Shown here: positions 41,637-51,720 of the stretch, one piece after another
How positions within the stretch are numbered: the first letter of the stretch is position 1
Layout of the letters: every line of letters starts with the position of its first letter
Virus record (IMG/VR): IMGVR_UViG_3300010160_000028
Strand: one strand, 5' to 3'
DNA: 64,000 bases
From: an uncultured virus (IMG/VR IMGVR_UViG_3300010160_000028)
Lineage: Duplodnaviria; Heunggongvirae; Uroviricota; Caudoviricetes
Program-made: the position numbers and the translations under genes
The notes under the pieces: generated by a model
Databases searched by the model: none
The model's input: the letters and a program-made list of their open reading frames with translations, nothing else
Told to the model about the DNA's origin: nothing

Positions 41637-44249
41637 ATGGCGTTTCAAGTCAGCCCAGGAATCAATGTTTCCGAAATTGATCTTACAACTACTGTTCCAG
41701 CACTTGCGACTACGGTCGGCGGTTTTGGCGGAGTATTTCGTTGGGGACCAGTCGGAAAGTTCGTTCTTGTAGATTCAGAAAATACACTCGCAAATCGCTT
41801 CGGTAAACCGACCTCGGACAACTACGAAACGTTTTATACAGCCGCAAATTTCCTTTCTTATGGAAATGCTTTGTATGTTTCGCGGGCCGCCAATACAACA
41901 GGTTTTTCTAATACAGCGACTGTTACGCTTAGTAGTAATACTACGCTTGCCACGGCGAACGGCGCGGCTCTTGGCCTTACAGTTGGTAATCGCGTGCAAG
42001 GCGATGGCATTCCCGATGATACCTTCGTTACAGCGGTTTCCAATACCACTACTACTATTTCGAGAGCCGCGACAGCAAATGCTTCAGCTCTAATTTCATT
42101 CTTTGCGAATGCTACTACTCTCTCTGCTTATGCTGGTGATACAGCTGCAGTCGTTGCATCAAACGTAGTTGTTAGAAACTCAGAAGAATTTGAAAACAAA
42201 GGCGCAGCGAATACAACTTTCGCTGGAACAGAGTTTGTAGCTCGTTATCCGGGTGCACTCGGTAACTCTCTCAAAGTTTCAATGTGCGACAGTGATAGAC
42301 AATACGCTGAAACCATCACGTTTGAAACTAATACTTCATGGGGTTCAACCACTGCAAATGCATATGCTCTTGCTGATCTTACATCGGCAACAATAGCTAT
42401 CGATGTTGGTAGCAATACTGCTAACGTAGTATTCGTATGGTCTAACGACGATTTCGCAGATCGTGTAGCCGCTTCTGCAACAGCACGCGCAGTTGGATCG
42501 AACGGTGTATCAGCTAACTTTATCTCTCTTGCTACCGCAAATACACTCTTTACGAACGGTGACGCAGTATGGTATGCAAAGGGAGCTTCTTCGACTGCGA
42601 ATAGCATTCAAGGTTTATCAGAAGGTACATCGTACTACATTACTGGAGCGAATACAAGTGGCTTTACTCTCTCGCTAACATCTGGCGGAGCAAACGTTGC
42701 CATCTCGAATGGCGCAGCCAACTCGGTTGTTTATTTTACAAAACAAACAGCGACTGGTCTCGGTCTTACTCTTGCACAAGCACGTCTGGCTGTCACAGCG
42801 CTTAAAGATAAGATCACTGTCGGCGATTATATCGAAGTTGGTAATACTTCTATCGGTAAGCAGAACATGAAGGTTGTCTCAGAGGGCGCGCAAGCCGATG
42901 ACGGTACAAACATTTACTTCAACATCGTTTTCGATTCAACTTGGAACAAGTCGACTAACTTTAGTGCTACTTCACTGAAGCGTCAATGGGAATACTTCAA
43001 CACTGTAGATTCTGCTCCAGGCGTATCTCAAGCGATGACAAACGCCGGACTTTCTACGAAAGACGAAGTTTCAGTTGTTGTGGTTGACGAAGATGGTCTA
43101 ATCAGCGGAACACCTGGTCAAGTACTTGAAATCTACCAAAACCTTTCGCGTGCAACAGATGCTAAGAAAGAAGATGGTACAACTAACTACTACAAGACAG
43201 CGATCAACGACTTCTCACGTTGGATTTGGGCTACAAACGATCGCTCTGGCGCTGCTTCGAATACTCTCTCAACCGTTGCTAACTCGACCAATACGACGAC
43301 TTATACAAAGTCATTCGTTCGCGGAACAGACGGTGCGACAGAAAGTACAGTATCAATGGCAGCCGTTGGTGCTGCATACGATCTCTTCGCAGATGCAAGT
43401 ACAGTCGATGTTTCTTTGATTCTTCAAGGGAAAGCAATCGGAACGAACGACGTTCAGTTAGCTAACTATCTGATCGACAACATTGCAGAAGTTCGTAAGG
43501 ATTGCGTAGTATTCGTTTCGCCAGCCTACTCTGATGTTGTAGGTATCACTACAGAAAATGCACAAGCGCAGAACATCGTAGATTTCAGAAATCTTCTGCG
43601 TAATACCTCATATGCATTCCTCGATTCTGGTTACAAATATCAGTACGACAAGTATGCAGATATCTATCGCTACATTCCATTGAACGGCGATATTGCTGGT
43701 ATTACTGCTCGCAGCGATAGCCTAAAAGATCCTTGGTTCTCTCCTGCTGGATTTACTCGCGGTCAAATTAAAAACCTCGTCAAGCTGGCGTTTAGCCCTG
43801 GAAAAACTGAAAGAGATCTTCTGTATAAGAATGATGTCAATCCAATCGTGACATTCCCGGGTCAAGGCACAGTACTCTACGGAGATAAGACTCTCCTCGG
43901 TCGTGCAAGTGCATTCGATCGTATTAACGTACGTCGCTTGTTTATTGTTCTTGAAAAGGCGATTGCAACAGCTTCAAACTCTACGCTGTTTGAATTCAAC
44001 GACGATTTCACAAGATCACAGTTTGTGAATCTGGTTGAGCCATATCTTCGCGACGTTCAAGGTCGTCGTGGAATCTTTGACTTCCGCGTGGTTTGTGACG
44101 AGACGAATAACACTGCTGAAGTAATTGACAGCAATCGCTTTGTTGGAGACATCTACATTAAGCCTGCTAAGTCGATCAACTTCATTCAGCTAAACTTCGT
44201 CGCCGTCAGATCTGGTGTCGAGTTCAACGAAATCGCTGGCCAGTTCTAA
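41637..44249 (+). CDS. gp18: Tail sheath protein (enlarged, 870 aa)
   Basis: 'SPGINVSEIDLT', 'WGP', 'WFSPAG', 'FDRINVRRLF' and 'KPAKSINFIQLNFVA'. Confidence 0.97.
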   Translation: MAFQVSPGINVSEIDLTTTVPALATTVGGFGGVFRWGPVGKFVLVDSENTLANRFGKPTSDNYETFYTAANFLSYGNALYVSRAANTTGFSNTATVTLSSNTTLATANGAALGLTVGNRVQGDGIPDDTFVTAVSNTTTTISRAATANASALISFFANATTLSAYAGDTAAVVASNVVVRNSEEFENKGAANTTFAGTEFVARYPGALGNSLKVSMCDSDRQYAETITFETNTSWGSTTANAYALADLTSATIAIDVGSNTANVVFVWSNDDFADRVAASATARAVGSNGVSANFISLATANTLFTNGDAVWYAKGASSTANSIQGLSEGTSYYITGANTSGFTLSLTSGGANVAISNGAANSVVYFTKQTATGLGLTLAQARLAVTALKDKITVGDYIEVGNTSIGKQNMKVVSEGAQADDGTNIYFNIVFDSTWNKSTNFSATSLKRQWEYFNTVDSAPGVSQAMTNAGLSTKDEVSVVVVDEDGLISGTPGQVLEIYQNLSRATDAKKEDGTTNYYKTAINDFSRWIWATNDRSGAASNTLSTVANSTNTTTYTKSFVRGTDGATESTVSMAAVGAAYDLFADASTVDVSLILQGKAIGTNDVQLANYLIDNIAEVRKDCVVFVSPAYSDVVGITTENAQAQNIVDFRNLLRNTSYAFLDSGYKYQYDKYADIYRYIPLNGDIAGITARSDSLKDPWFSPAGFTRGQIKNLVKLAFSPGKTERDLLYKNDVNPIVTFPGQGTVLYGDKTLLGRASAFDRINVRRLFIVLEKAIATASNSTLFEFNDDFTRSQFVNLVEPYLRDVQGRRGIFDFRVVCDETNNTAEVIDSNRFVGDIYIKPAKSINFIQLNFVAVRSGVEFNEIAGQF

Positions 44250-44279
44250 TAAATAAAAATAAACGTAGGAGGAAAGTAA

Positions 44280-44822
44280 ATGGCTTTTAATATCAATGAA
44301 ATGAGAAGCCAGCTACAATTTGGCGGTGCAAGACAAAATCTGTTCCAAGTGGATATTTCAAATCCCGCGAACAGTGATGGAGATCGAAAAACAAGATTCA
44401 TGTGTCAGGCAGCTCAGCTGCCTGGCTCTGATCTTGGAGTCATTCCAGTGTTTTACTTTGGTCGTCAAATGAAGTTAGCTGGTGATAGAACATTCGCCGA
44501 ATGGACAGTCACGATCATGAACGATGAAGACTTCTTGATTCGGAATGCCATGGAAGAATGGTCGAATCAGATCAATCGTCTACAGCGTAACGTCAGAGAA
44601 ATTGGCCCTGGATATAAGTCTCAGGCCACAGTCACTCAGTTTGGTAAAGATGGTACGAAGATCCGTACTTATGATTTTAACGGAATCTTCCCAAGTAATA
44701 TCAGCCCGATCGAGCTCGATTGGTCGACGACTGATCAGATCGAACTGTTCCAGGTGACATTCCAATATGACTACTGGTCAGTTGGTAAGGTCGGACAGAC
44801 AGGCGATGCCGGCGGTGATTAA
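44280..44822 (+). CDS. gp19: Tail tube protein
   Basis: 'GGAR.NLF.V', 'AGDRTFAEWTVT..NDEDF' and 'F.VTFQYDYW'. Confidence 0.95.
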   Translation: MAFNINEMRSQLQFGGARQNLFQVDISNPANSDGDRKTRFMCQAAQLPGSDLGVIPVFYFGRQMKLAGDRTFAEWTVTIMNDEDFLIRNAMEEWSNQINRLQRNVREIGPGYKSQATVTQFGKDGTKIRTYDFNGIFPSNISPIELDWSTTDQIELFQVTFQYDYWSVGKVGQTGDAGGD

Positions 44823-44824
44823 TA

Positions 44825-44856
44825 AGTAAAGGGTAGTTATTACCCTTACTTTTTTT
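44825..44856 (+). terminator. Rho-independent terminator after gp19
   Basis: AGTAAAGGGTA-gttat-TACCCTTACT hairpin followed by a T-tract. Confidence 0.75.
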
Positions 44857-44877
44857 GTTATTTAAATTGGAGAATCC

Positions 44878-46515
44878 ATGGCCGAGTTATTTGGTTTTGA
44901 AATTAAAAGAAAGCAAGAAGAAAAAGCGCTTCTATCATTTGCCCCAAAACAGGACGATGATGGAGCGCTTGTTCTTGCTGAAGGTGGAGCTTACGGCCAG
45001 TACGTTGATATGGAAGGTTCTATTCGAACCGAATCAGAGCTTGTCTCGACGTATAGAGAGATGGCTCAACATCCTGACATCGAATTGGCAGTCGATGATA
45101 TTATCAACGAAGCGGTTGTCATTGATCCAAAAAAAGAAGTCGTATCTTTAAATCTTGACGATTTAAAACAGCCAGACAAAGTCAAGAAACTTATTCTCGA
45201 CGAATTCGAAACTGTACTCGAACTTCTTGAATTTAATAGCCACGCATACGAGATCTTTCGGAAATGGTATGTCGACGGCAGAATATTCTATCACTTGATG
45301 ATCGACGAGAAGAAGCCGAGAGAAGGTATTCAGGAACTACGCTATGTAGATCCTCGCAAGCTTCGGAAAGTCAAGACTCAGAAGAAAAGAAAAGTTGCAA
45401 AAGATTCAAACGTCATTGTTCCGATGGTAGGCGAAGAGTTCTACATCTACAATGAAAACGGTTTTGGTAAAACTCCAAGTCAACCGAATTATCAAGATCC
45501 TACTACACAAGGCATTAAGATCGCAGTCGACTCGATTGTCAACGTATCTTCTGGCCTTGTCAATGTCAAAGGTGACATGGTTCTTGGTTATCTGCAGAAG
45601 GCAATTAAGCCACTCAATCAGTTAAAGGCGATGGAAGACTCATTAGTCATCTATCGTATCTCACGTGCACCTGAACGTCGTATCTTCTACATCGATGTCG
45701 GTAACCTACCGAAAATGAAAGCTGAGCAATATCTTCGTGATGTGATGACTCGCTTTAAGAATAAGGTAGTGTACGATGCAGGAACCGGAGAAATCCGCGA
45801 TGATCGGAAACACATGACCATGCTCGAAGATTTCTGGCTACCTCGTCGTGAAGGCGGTAAGGGTACAGAAATCACTACTCTTCCGGGAGGTCAGAACCTT
45901 GGACAGATCGACGACATCGTTTACTTTCAACGTAAGCTTTACAAAGCTTTGAACGTTCCGATCTCTCGCCTCGATCCTGAACAAGCATTTAACTTTGGCC
46001 GAGCCACTGAAGTGACTCGCGACGAAGTGAAGTTTGCTAAATTTATTACACGTCTTCGCACTCGATTCTCAGAAATTTTTAGTAAGATTCTTGAGAAACA
46101 ATTGATTCTGAAAGGTATCATTACATCAGAAGATTGGGCCGAATTTAAAGCTAACTTTAAATACGAATATTCTGAAGATAATCACTTCGCCGAACTCAAG
46201 AATACAGAGATTCTTCGCGATCGTATTTCGATGTTACGTGATGTCGATGACTATGCAGGAAAATACTATTCGCACGAATGGATTCGTCGGAACGTTCTTT
46301 ATCAGACAGAAGAAGATATGGAAGAGATCGACAAGCAGATTATTGAAGAAATGGATAATCCGCAGTATGCTCCACCAGAAATGGGGCCAAGTGGAGAACA
46401 GTTACCTCCTGAAGATGCAGGCACTCCGCCTTCTCCAGATGATGCAACTCCTTCACCAGCAGGTAAACCGAAGGCTACTTCTATTCCAAACGTACCAGAT
46501 TTGGTAGGAAAATAA
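44878..46515 (+). CDS. gp20: Portal protein
   Basis: 'YRISRAPERRIFYIDVGNLPK.KAEQY' and 'EDFWLPRREGG.GTEITTLPGG'. Confidence 0.97.
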   Translation: MAELFGFEIKRKQEEKALLSFAPKQDDDGALVLAEGGAYGQYVDMEGSIRTESELVSTYREMAQHPDIELAVDDIINEAVVIDPKKEVVSLNLDDLKQPDKVKKLILDEFETVLELLEFNSHAYEIFRKWYVDGRIFYHLMIDEKKPREGIQELRYVDPRKLRKVKTQKKRKVAKDSNVIVPMVGEEFYIYNENGFGKTPSQPNYQDPTTQGIKIAVDSIVNVSSGLVNVKGDMVLGYLQKAIKPLNQLKAMEDSLVIYRISRAPERRIFYIDVGNLPKMKAEQYLRDVMTRFKNKVVYDAGTGEIRDDRKHMTMLEDFWLPRREGGKGTEITTLPGGQNLGQIDDIVYFQRKLYKALNVPISRLDPEQAFNFGRATEVTRDEVKFAKFITRLRTRFSEIFSKILEKQLILKGIITSEDWAEFKANFKYEYSEDNHFAELKNTEILRDRISMLRDVDDYAGKYYSHEWIRRNVLYQTEEDMEEIDKQIIEEMDNPQYAPPEMGPSGEQLPPEDAGTPPSPDDATPSPAGKPKATSIPNVPDLVGK

Positions 46516-46521
46516 ACCGAG

Positions 46522-46529
46522 TATAAATA
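46522..46529 (+). promoter_or_regulatory. T4-type late promoter
   Basis: TATAAATA upstream of the prohead core genes. Confidence 0.78.
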
Positions 46530-46553
46530 GTAAAAGAATTTTGGAGAATTTAT

Positions 46554-46880
46554 ATGGATATTGACGAACTGATTGGAGCAACCGTAGATCAACAACCGAC
46601 ACGGTTTGCAAACGCATTCGACGCAATTATGAGACAGAAGATTGACGCAAGACTCGAAGATGAAAGCGTTGCATATGCTCAGCAAATGTTCGCCGAACCA
46701 GAAGACATCGATGACGAAGACGAAGCCGCTGATGATGCCTTCGACGAAGAAGATTTTGAAATTGACGACGAAGAGTTCGAAGACGAAGATTTTAATATCG
46801 ATGATCTTGATCTCGAAGAATTAGAAGATCTCGAAGACTTAGACACAGAGGAAGATGACGACGATGGCGAAGACGCTTAA
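46554..46880 (+). CDS. gp67: Prohead core protein, gp67-like (acidic tail)
   Basis: Position after gp20; highly acidic C-terminus. Confidence 0.7.
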   Translation: MDIDELIGATVDQQPTRFANAFDAIMRQKIDARLEDESVAYAQQMFAEPEDIDDEDEAADDAFDEEDFEIDDEEFEDEDFNIDDLDLEELEDLEDLDTEEDDDDGEDA

Positions 46881-48081
46881 AGATTTCTTAAATGAAAGAC
46901 AGCTTGGGCCGATGGTCGTCAAGAATCCTGACGAGCAGAAGTTCATTGACAAACACGTAGTTGCGAAGACTGCTGATCGCAACGGCAATGACGACGAAGT
47001 TTTCAAGGGCTCGAAGGTCAAGATGGCCGATCGCAAGAAAGAACGTCACGGTTATAATCCTGGCGAAGACGAAGACGTGTATGAAGAACTGAAGGGTGCT
47101 CAGCATAAGATCGATGCTAATAAGAATGGCAAGGTCGATGCGCATGACTTCCAACTTCTTCGTAAGAAGAAGAAAGTTGCTGAAGAAGCCGAACAGATCG
47201 ATGAACTATCACACGGCACACTTCGTAGATACCGAATGAAGGCAAAGTCTATTGCTGACCAGGGCGGTGAACAACGTGCTAAAGGTCGCGAACTAGCCGG
47301 CCGTAAGTCATATGGTGATATGATAGGTGGTATTAAAAAGCCTAAAGTTATGGCCAAAGAAGAAGCCGAGCAGATCGATGAGCTTTCGAAAGAAACTGTT
47401 CGCACCTATTACAACAAGGCTGGCGAGCAAGGCAAGAAGATTGCTGATAAGATGAAGATGGGTGGCGGTGATTGGTCAAACGACGGATCAGATACCAAGA
47501 CTCTGAAGAAGCGTGCAGCTGGTCGTACGATGGCTTTGAAGCGTCGCAGCGGTGAAATCAAGATGTCTGAAGAAGCTGAACAGATCGACGAGATCTCGGC
47601 CGGAAAGAAAGATGCATACGCCCAAAAAGCTGGAAAGCAACTTCCAGGTTTGTTTGCAAAAAGCAACAGCGCTGATGGAGCTCGTAAGTACTATAATCGT
47701 AAGAACGCTGTTCGTAAAATTGCGAATGAAGAAACTGAGCAAGTTGACGAGAAGTTAGACATGAAGAAAGCGTCGATGGGAACCGTAATCAAGGATTTCC
47801 AAAAGTCTGATGCTCCTCAGTTTATGGGTAAGTCACAGAAAAAGCGCCAAGTTATGGCAATTGCAGCGAAGCTCTCAGCAGAACGCGGCGGCAAACCACT
47901 TAATAAAGAAGAGCGTCTTCTAACTAAGCTGGCTGATATTTCAGAAACACATCAGAGAACGATGGTATCGGTCTTTGAAAAACTCAACGAAGATAACCAA
48001 TATGCATTCATGCAAGCCTGCGACACCGCAGACGGCATCGAACAGATGTTGGATTTCTCAATCAGTTATAGAGGTGAATAA
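46864..48081 (+). CDS. Prohead core/internal head protein with repeated EEAEQIDE motifs
   Basis: Lies between gp67 and gp21; four copies of EE(A/T)EQ(I/V)DE separate basic segments. Confidence 0.7.
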   Translation: MAKTLKDFLNERQLGPMVVKNPDEQKFIDKHVVAKTADRNGNDDEVFKGSKVKMADRKKERHGYNPGEDEDVYEELKGAQHKIDANKNGKVDAHDFQLLRKKKKVAEEAEQIDELSHGTLRRYRMKAKSIADQGGEQRAKGRELAGRKSYGDMIGGIKKPKVMAKEEAEQIDELSKETVRTYYNKAGEQGKKIADKMKMGGGDWSNDGSDTKTLKKRAAGRTMALKRRSGEIKMSEEAEQIDEISAGKKDAYAQKAGKQLPGLFAKSNSADGARKYYNRKNAVRKIANEETEQVDEKLDMKKASMGTVIKDFQKSDAPQFMGKSQKKRQVMAIAAKLSAERGGKPLNKEERLLTKLADISETHQRTMVSVFEKLNEDNQYAFMQACDTADGIEQMLDFSISYRGE

Positions 48082-48482
48082 TGGCTGTTACTATTACATC
48101 AAATAAGAAAAATACCTCTGCTGTTATTCACATATCTGCTGCGAATAGCGGCAATATTGTGGTTGTTGGCAATAGCACTACTACGAATGTTGGTGCCACT
48201 GCCACCTGTCTTGCTACGAGTGATGAGGTTCTTTCTGGAGCTTACATTACACAAATTGCATGGGGTTGCGACGGTAATGGTCATATTCAAGTGTTAAGAG
48301 GTACGACTCTTGTTGGAGTGTATGACTCGACTAGCTATATTGATTATGCCGGTAACGGTATGCCGCTCAATGTAAATCCTACTGCAAATTTAGTAGTCAA
48401 TTTTGTCGGTTCAGCAAACGCATATTGTTTGCTGGAAGTACAGAAGCAAGGCACATTCATTTCACCATATAACAACTCATAA
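48081..48482 (+). CDS. Hypothetical protein (head region)
   Basis: 133-aa coupled ORF upstream of gp21. Confidence 0.65.
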   Translation: MAVTITSNKKNTSAVIHISAANSGNIVVVGNSTTTNVGATATCLATSDEVLSGAYITQIAWGCDGNGHIQVLRGTTLVGVYDSTSYIDYAGNGMPLNVNPTANLVVNFVGSANAYCLLEVQKQGTFISPYNNS

Positions 48483-48493
48483 GGTAAGAAGAC

Positions 48494-49171
48494 ATGAAGC
48501 TAATCACCGAAGTTGTTGAAGATCTGAAATGCATTACTGAATCTCGTGAAGACGGGAAGAAGAACGTATACATTGAAGGTATCTTCTTGCAAGGAGGCAT
48601 TAAGAACCGCAATGGTCGTATGTATCCTGTCGAAACTCTTGAAAAAGAAGTTAATCGTTACGACGAGTCTTACATTCAAAAAGGTCGTGCTCTCGGCGAG
48701 TTAGGTCATCCTGATGGTCCATCGATTAACCTCGATCGTGTATCTCATATGATCACTTCTTTGAAGAGAGAAGGCACCAATTTCGTGGGTCGGGCAAAGC
48801 TGATGGATACTCCGATGGGTAACATCGCCAAGGGGCTGATCGGCGAAGGTGTCAAGCTCGGTGTTTCATCCAGAGGTATGGGTTCATTAAAGCTAAATAA
48901 AGAAGGCATTAATGAAGTTCAAGACGATTTCTATCTCGCCACAGCCGCTGATATTGTTGCAGATCCATCTGCTCCTGATGCGTTTGTCAACGGAATTATG
49001 GAAGGTGTTGAGTGGGTTTGGCAAGACGAACTTCTCGTTGCAAAGAAACAAGCGGCGCAGGTAATAGAACAAACCGTACAAAATATTGAAAGCGCATCTT
49101 CGAAAAGACAGCTTCAAGCTAAAAAGTTTGAAATTTTTGAGAACTTCCTCAATAAAATTTCTAAAATCTAA
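48494..49171 (+). CDS. gp21: Prohead protease
   Basis: 'MKLITE', 'NRNGR.YP', 'ALGELGHP', 'GVSSRGMGS' and 'DIVADPSAPDAFV'. Confidence 0.96.
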   Translation: MKLITEVVEDLKCITESREDGKKNVYIEGIFLQGGIKNRNGRMYPVETLEKEVNRYDESYIQKGRALGELGHPDGPSINLDRVSHMITSLKREGTNFVGRAKLMDTPMGNIAKGLIGEGVKLGVSSRGMGSLKLNKEGINEVQDDFYLATAADIVADPSAPDAFVNGIMEGVEWVWQDELLVAKKQAAQVIEQTVQNIESASSKRQLQAKKFEIFENFLNKISKI

Positions 49172-49207
49172 TTAGAATAAATAAATAAATATTACAAGGA
49201 GTCAAAA

Positions 49208-50194
49208 ATGTCAAATAAAGATACGAGTGAAATCGTTCAAGACGGTATCGATGAATCTGCTGGTTCGGAAACATTGAAGCCGAATCCAACACGCGCAGAG
49301 ATGCTAGCTACTTTTAGCTCGCTCCTTGCTCAGCTGAAGGGCGAAGATCTTTCGCACTTCTTTAACGATTCGATCAAGCAATATAGTGCTGATGGTGTTC
49401 CTTCAGCTACCGCTCCTGGTGGAGCTCCTGGTATGGGGCAAATGCCGATGCCTACGCTCAATGCGGTCAAAGAAGACATCGACGAAGTATTCGCCGGCGA
49501 AGATCTTACCGAAGAAGCAAAAGAAAAGTTTTCTACGATTTTTGAAGCAGCTGTTTCAGCTCGCGTTTCGATCGAAGAAGCTCGTCTTGAAGAAGAGTTT
49601 GAAACTCGTCTTGGCGAAGAAGTAGAAGAAATCAAAGAAGAGATCACTACAAAGATCGATCAGTATCTCGATTACGTAGTAGAATCGTGGATGGAAGACA
49701 ACAAGCTTGCTGTCGAATCCACATTACGCGCCGATATTGCAGAGAACTTCATGGAAGGTCTTTACAATCTATTTGCAGAATCATACATCACAGTACCTGA
49801 AGAGAAGCTTGATGTAGTTGGTGAATTGAAGGCACAGATCGAAGAACTTGAAACAAAGTTCGACGAGTCTGTAAATAAGCAACTCGAACTACAGTCAGTC
49901 ATCGATGAAGCGACAATGGAAGCGACATTCGACGAAGTGACTGAAGGTCTTGCTGCTACGCAGGTAGAAAAGCTTCGCACTCTTGCAGAAGGTATCGAGT
50001 TCACAGATTCTGAGTCTTATGTAAAGAAACTCAACATTCTAAAAGGCAAGTACTTCTCTGAGAAGAAAGAAGTCAATACTGGCGTTATTACAGAAGAAGC
50101 GACAGAAGGTCTTACTGAAGATAAGCCTGTAGCGGTTGGTGAAATGGCAAACTATGTCAGCGCGATTTCAAGAACTAAAACCAAAAACTTTTAA
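49208..50194 (+). CDS. gp22: Prohead scaffolding/core protein
   Basis: 'IFEAAV', 'YLDYVVE.WME.N.LA.E'; acidic coiled coil directly upstream of gp23. Confidence 0.9.
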   Translation: MSNKDTSEIVQDGIDESAGSETLKPNPTRAEMLATFSSLLAQLKGEDLSHFFNDSIKQYSADGVPSATAPGGAPGMGQMPMPTLNAVKEDIDEVFAGEDLTEEAKEKFSTIFEAAVSARVSIEEARLEEEFETRLGEEVEEIKEEITTKIDQYLDYVVESWMEDNKLAVESTLRADIAENFMEGLYNLFAESYITVPEEKLDVVGELKAQIEELETKFDESVNKQLELQSVIDEATMEATFDEVTEGLAATQVEKLRTLAEGIEFTDSESYVKKLNILKGKYFSEKKEVNTGVITEEATEGLTEDKPVAVGEMANYVSAISRTKTKNF

Positions 50195-50237
50195 TTGATA
50201 AATAATAAACAAATCCTAAGGATAAAGGGAGAATAAA

Positions 50238-51596
50238 ATGTTAGCTGAGGAACTAAATAACAAGTGGAAGCCAGTGCTCGAGCACACGGATCTTCCAGAA
50301 ATTACAGATGCTCATAAGCGCCTTGTCACAGCGACAGTGCTTGAGAACACAGAGCGCGCGCTTCGCGAAGCTGGTGGTGGACAGCAAATGCTTGGTGAAG
50401 GCGATGGTCACATCAACTCTGCAGGCAGCGGCGCTGTTGCAAACTTCGATCCAGTATTGATTTCACTCGTACGTCGTTCGATGCCAAATCTGATTGCTTA
50501 TGACGTTTGCGGCGTTCAGCCAATGAACGGTCCAACCGGCCTTATCTTCGCAATGCGTTCGCAGTATGCTAACTCGACAGATGCGAACACGGCAGAAGCA
50601 TTCTACAACGAAGCAAACACAGGTCACGCTTCGCGTCTCGGCGCTGGTTTGACAGCTGCTAACACCGGTGCTGCTACAGCAACTACTGTTGGTGCTAACA
50701 CTGTTGGTACATCACCTGATTCGTCAAACAACGCTGGCAACTCGTTCTACAACTACACAATGGGTCTTCTCGTTGGTTCGGCTGAATTGCTCGGCGCGAA
50801 CAGCACATACATCTTCCCGGAAATGGGCTTCTCGATCGAGAAGGTGACTGTATCTGCAAAGACACGTGCTCTGAAGGCTGAATACACGCTTGAACTCGCA
50901 CAAGATCTGAAAGCGATTCATGGTCTTGACGCAGAATCAGAACTTTCGAACATTCTTTCGGGCGAAATCCTTGCAGAAATCAACCGTGAAGTTGTTCGCT
51001 CTATCATCATCACTGCTGAAAAAGGTGCAACCGATGGTACCACAACTGCTGGTATCTTCGATCTCGACACCGATTCAAACGGTCGTTGGTCAGTTGAAAA
51101 GTTCAAAGGCCTTCTGTTCCAGATCGAACGTGAATGCAACCAGATCGCGAAGCAAACACGTCGCGGTAAAGGTAACGTAATCATCTGCTCTTCGGACGTT
51201 GCTTCGGCACTTCAGATGGCAGGCGTTCTTGATTACGCTCCTGCGATGAATACCTCTTCGTTGAATATCGACGATACAGGCAACACATTTGCTGGTGTTA
51301 TCAATGGTCGCATTAAGGTCTATATTGATCCATATGCTGGTACAAACTTCTTGGTCGTAGGCTATAAGGGTTCGAATCCATTCGACGCTGGCCTCTTCTA
51401 TTGCCCATACGTTCCACTTCAGATGGTTCGTGCGGTTGATCCAGGTTCGTTCCAGCCGAAGATTGGCTTCAAGACACGCTACGGCATGGCACCGAATCCA
51501 TTCGCGAAGGGTACAACTGCTGCTTCTGCAACAGCTGTTCTTGAGCAGGATTCGAACAAGTACTATCGTCGCGTTCTTGTTAACAACTTGATGTAA
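50238..51596 (+). CDS. gp23: Major capsid protein
   Basis: 'DPVLISLVRR.MPNLIA.D.CGVQPM.GPTGLIFAMR', 'ELAQDLKAIHGLDAE' and 'FQPKIGFKTRYG'. Confidence 0.98.
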   Translation: MLAEELNNKWKPVLEHTDLPEITDAHKRLVTATVLENTERALREAGGGQQMLGEGDGHINSAGSGAVANFDPVLISLVRRSMPNLIAYDVCGVQPMNGPTGLIFAMRSQYANSTDANTAEAFYNEANTGHASRLGAGLTAANTGAATATTVGANTVGTSPDSSNNAGNSFYNYTMGLLVGSAELLGANSTYIFPEMGFSIEKVTVSAKTRALKAEYTLELAQDLKAIHGLDAESELSNILSGEILAEINREVVRSIIITAEKGATDGTTTAGIFDLDTDSNGRWSVEKFKGLLFQIERECNQIAKQTRRGKGNVIICSSDVASALQMAGVLDYAPAMNTSSLNIDDTGNTFAGVINGRIKVYIDPYAGTNFLVVGYKGSNPFDAGLFYCPYVPLQMVRAVDPGSFQPKIGFKTRYGMAPNPFAKGTTAASATAVLEQDSNKYYRRVLVNNLM

Positions 51597-51632
51597 GTAT
51601 AAGAGTTGGTATAAAACCAACCACTAAAACTA

Positions 51633-51664
51633 AGGAGGGGGATCGAAAGGTCCTCCTCTTTTTT
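51633..51664 (+). terminator. Rho-independent terminator after gp23
   Basis: GGAGGGGGATC-GAAA-GGTCCTCCTC stem (with G-U pairs) followed by a T-tract. Confidence 0.82.
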
Positions 51665-51668
51665 GGCA

Positions 51669-51696
51669 TGTACAATATATAAATAGTGTGTATAAT
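51669..51696 (+). promoter_or_regulatory. Overlapping TGTACA-N16-TATAAT promoter and late promoter TATAAATA (51678-51685)
   Basis: Both motifs read directly upstream of the gp3-uvsY-uvsW genes. Confidence 0.6.
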
Positions 51697-51720
51697 GGGT
51701 ATTACAGCCGAAGGAAAGAT

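Noticed and set aside
46700..46870. GACGAAGA-rich low-complexity DNA
   Set aside because: It simply encodes the acidic tail of the gp67-like protein.
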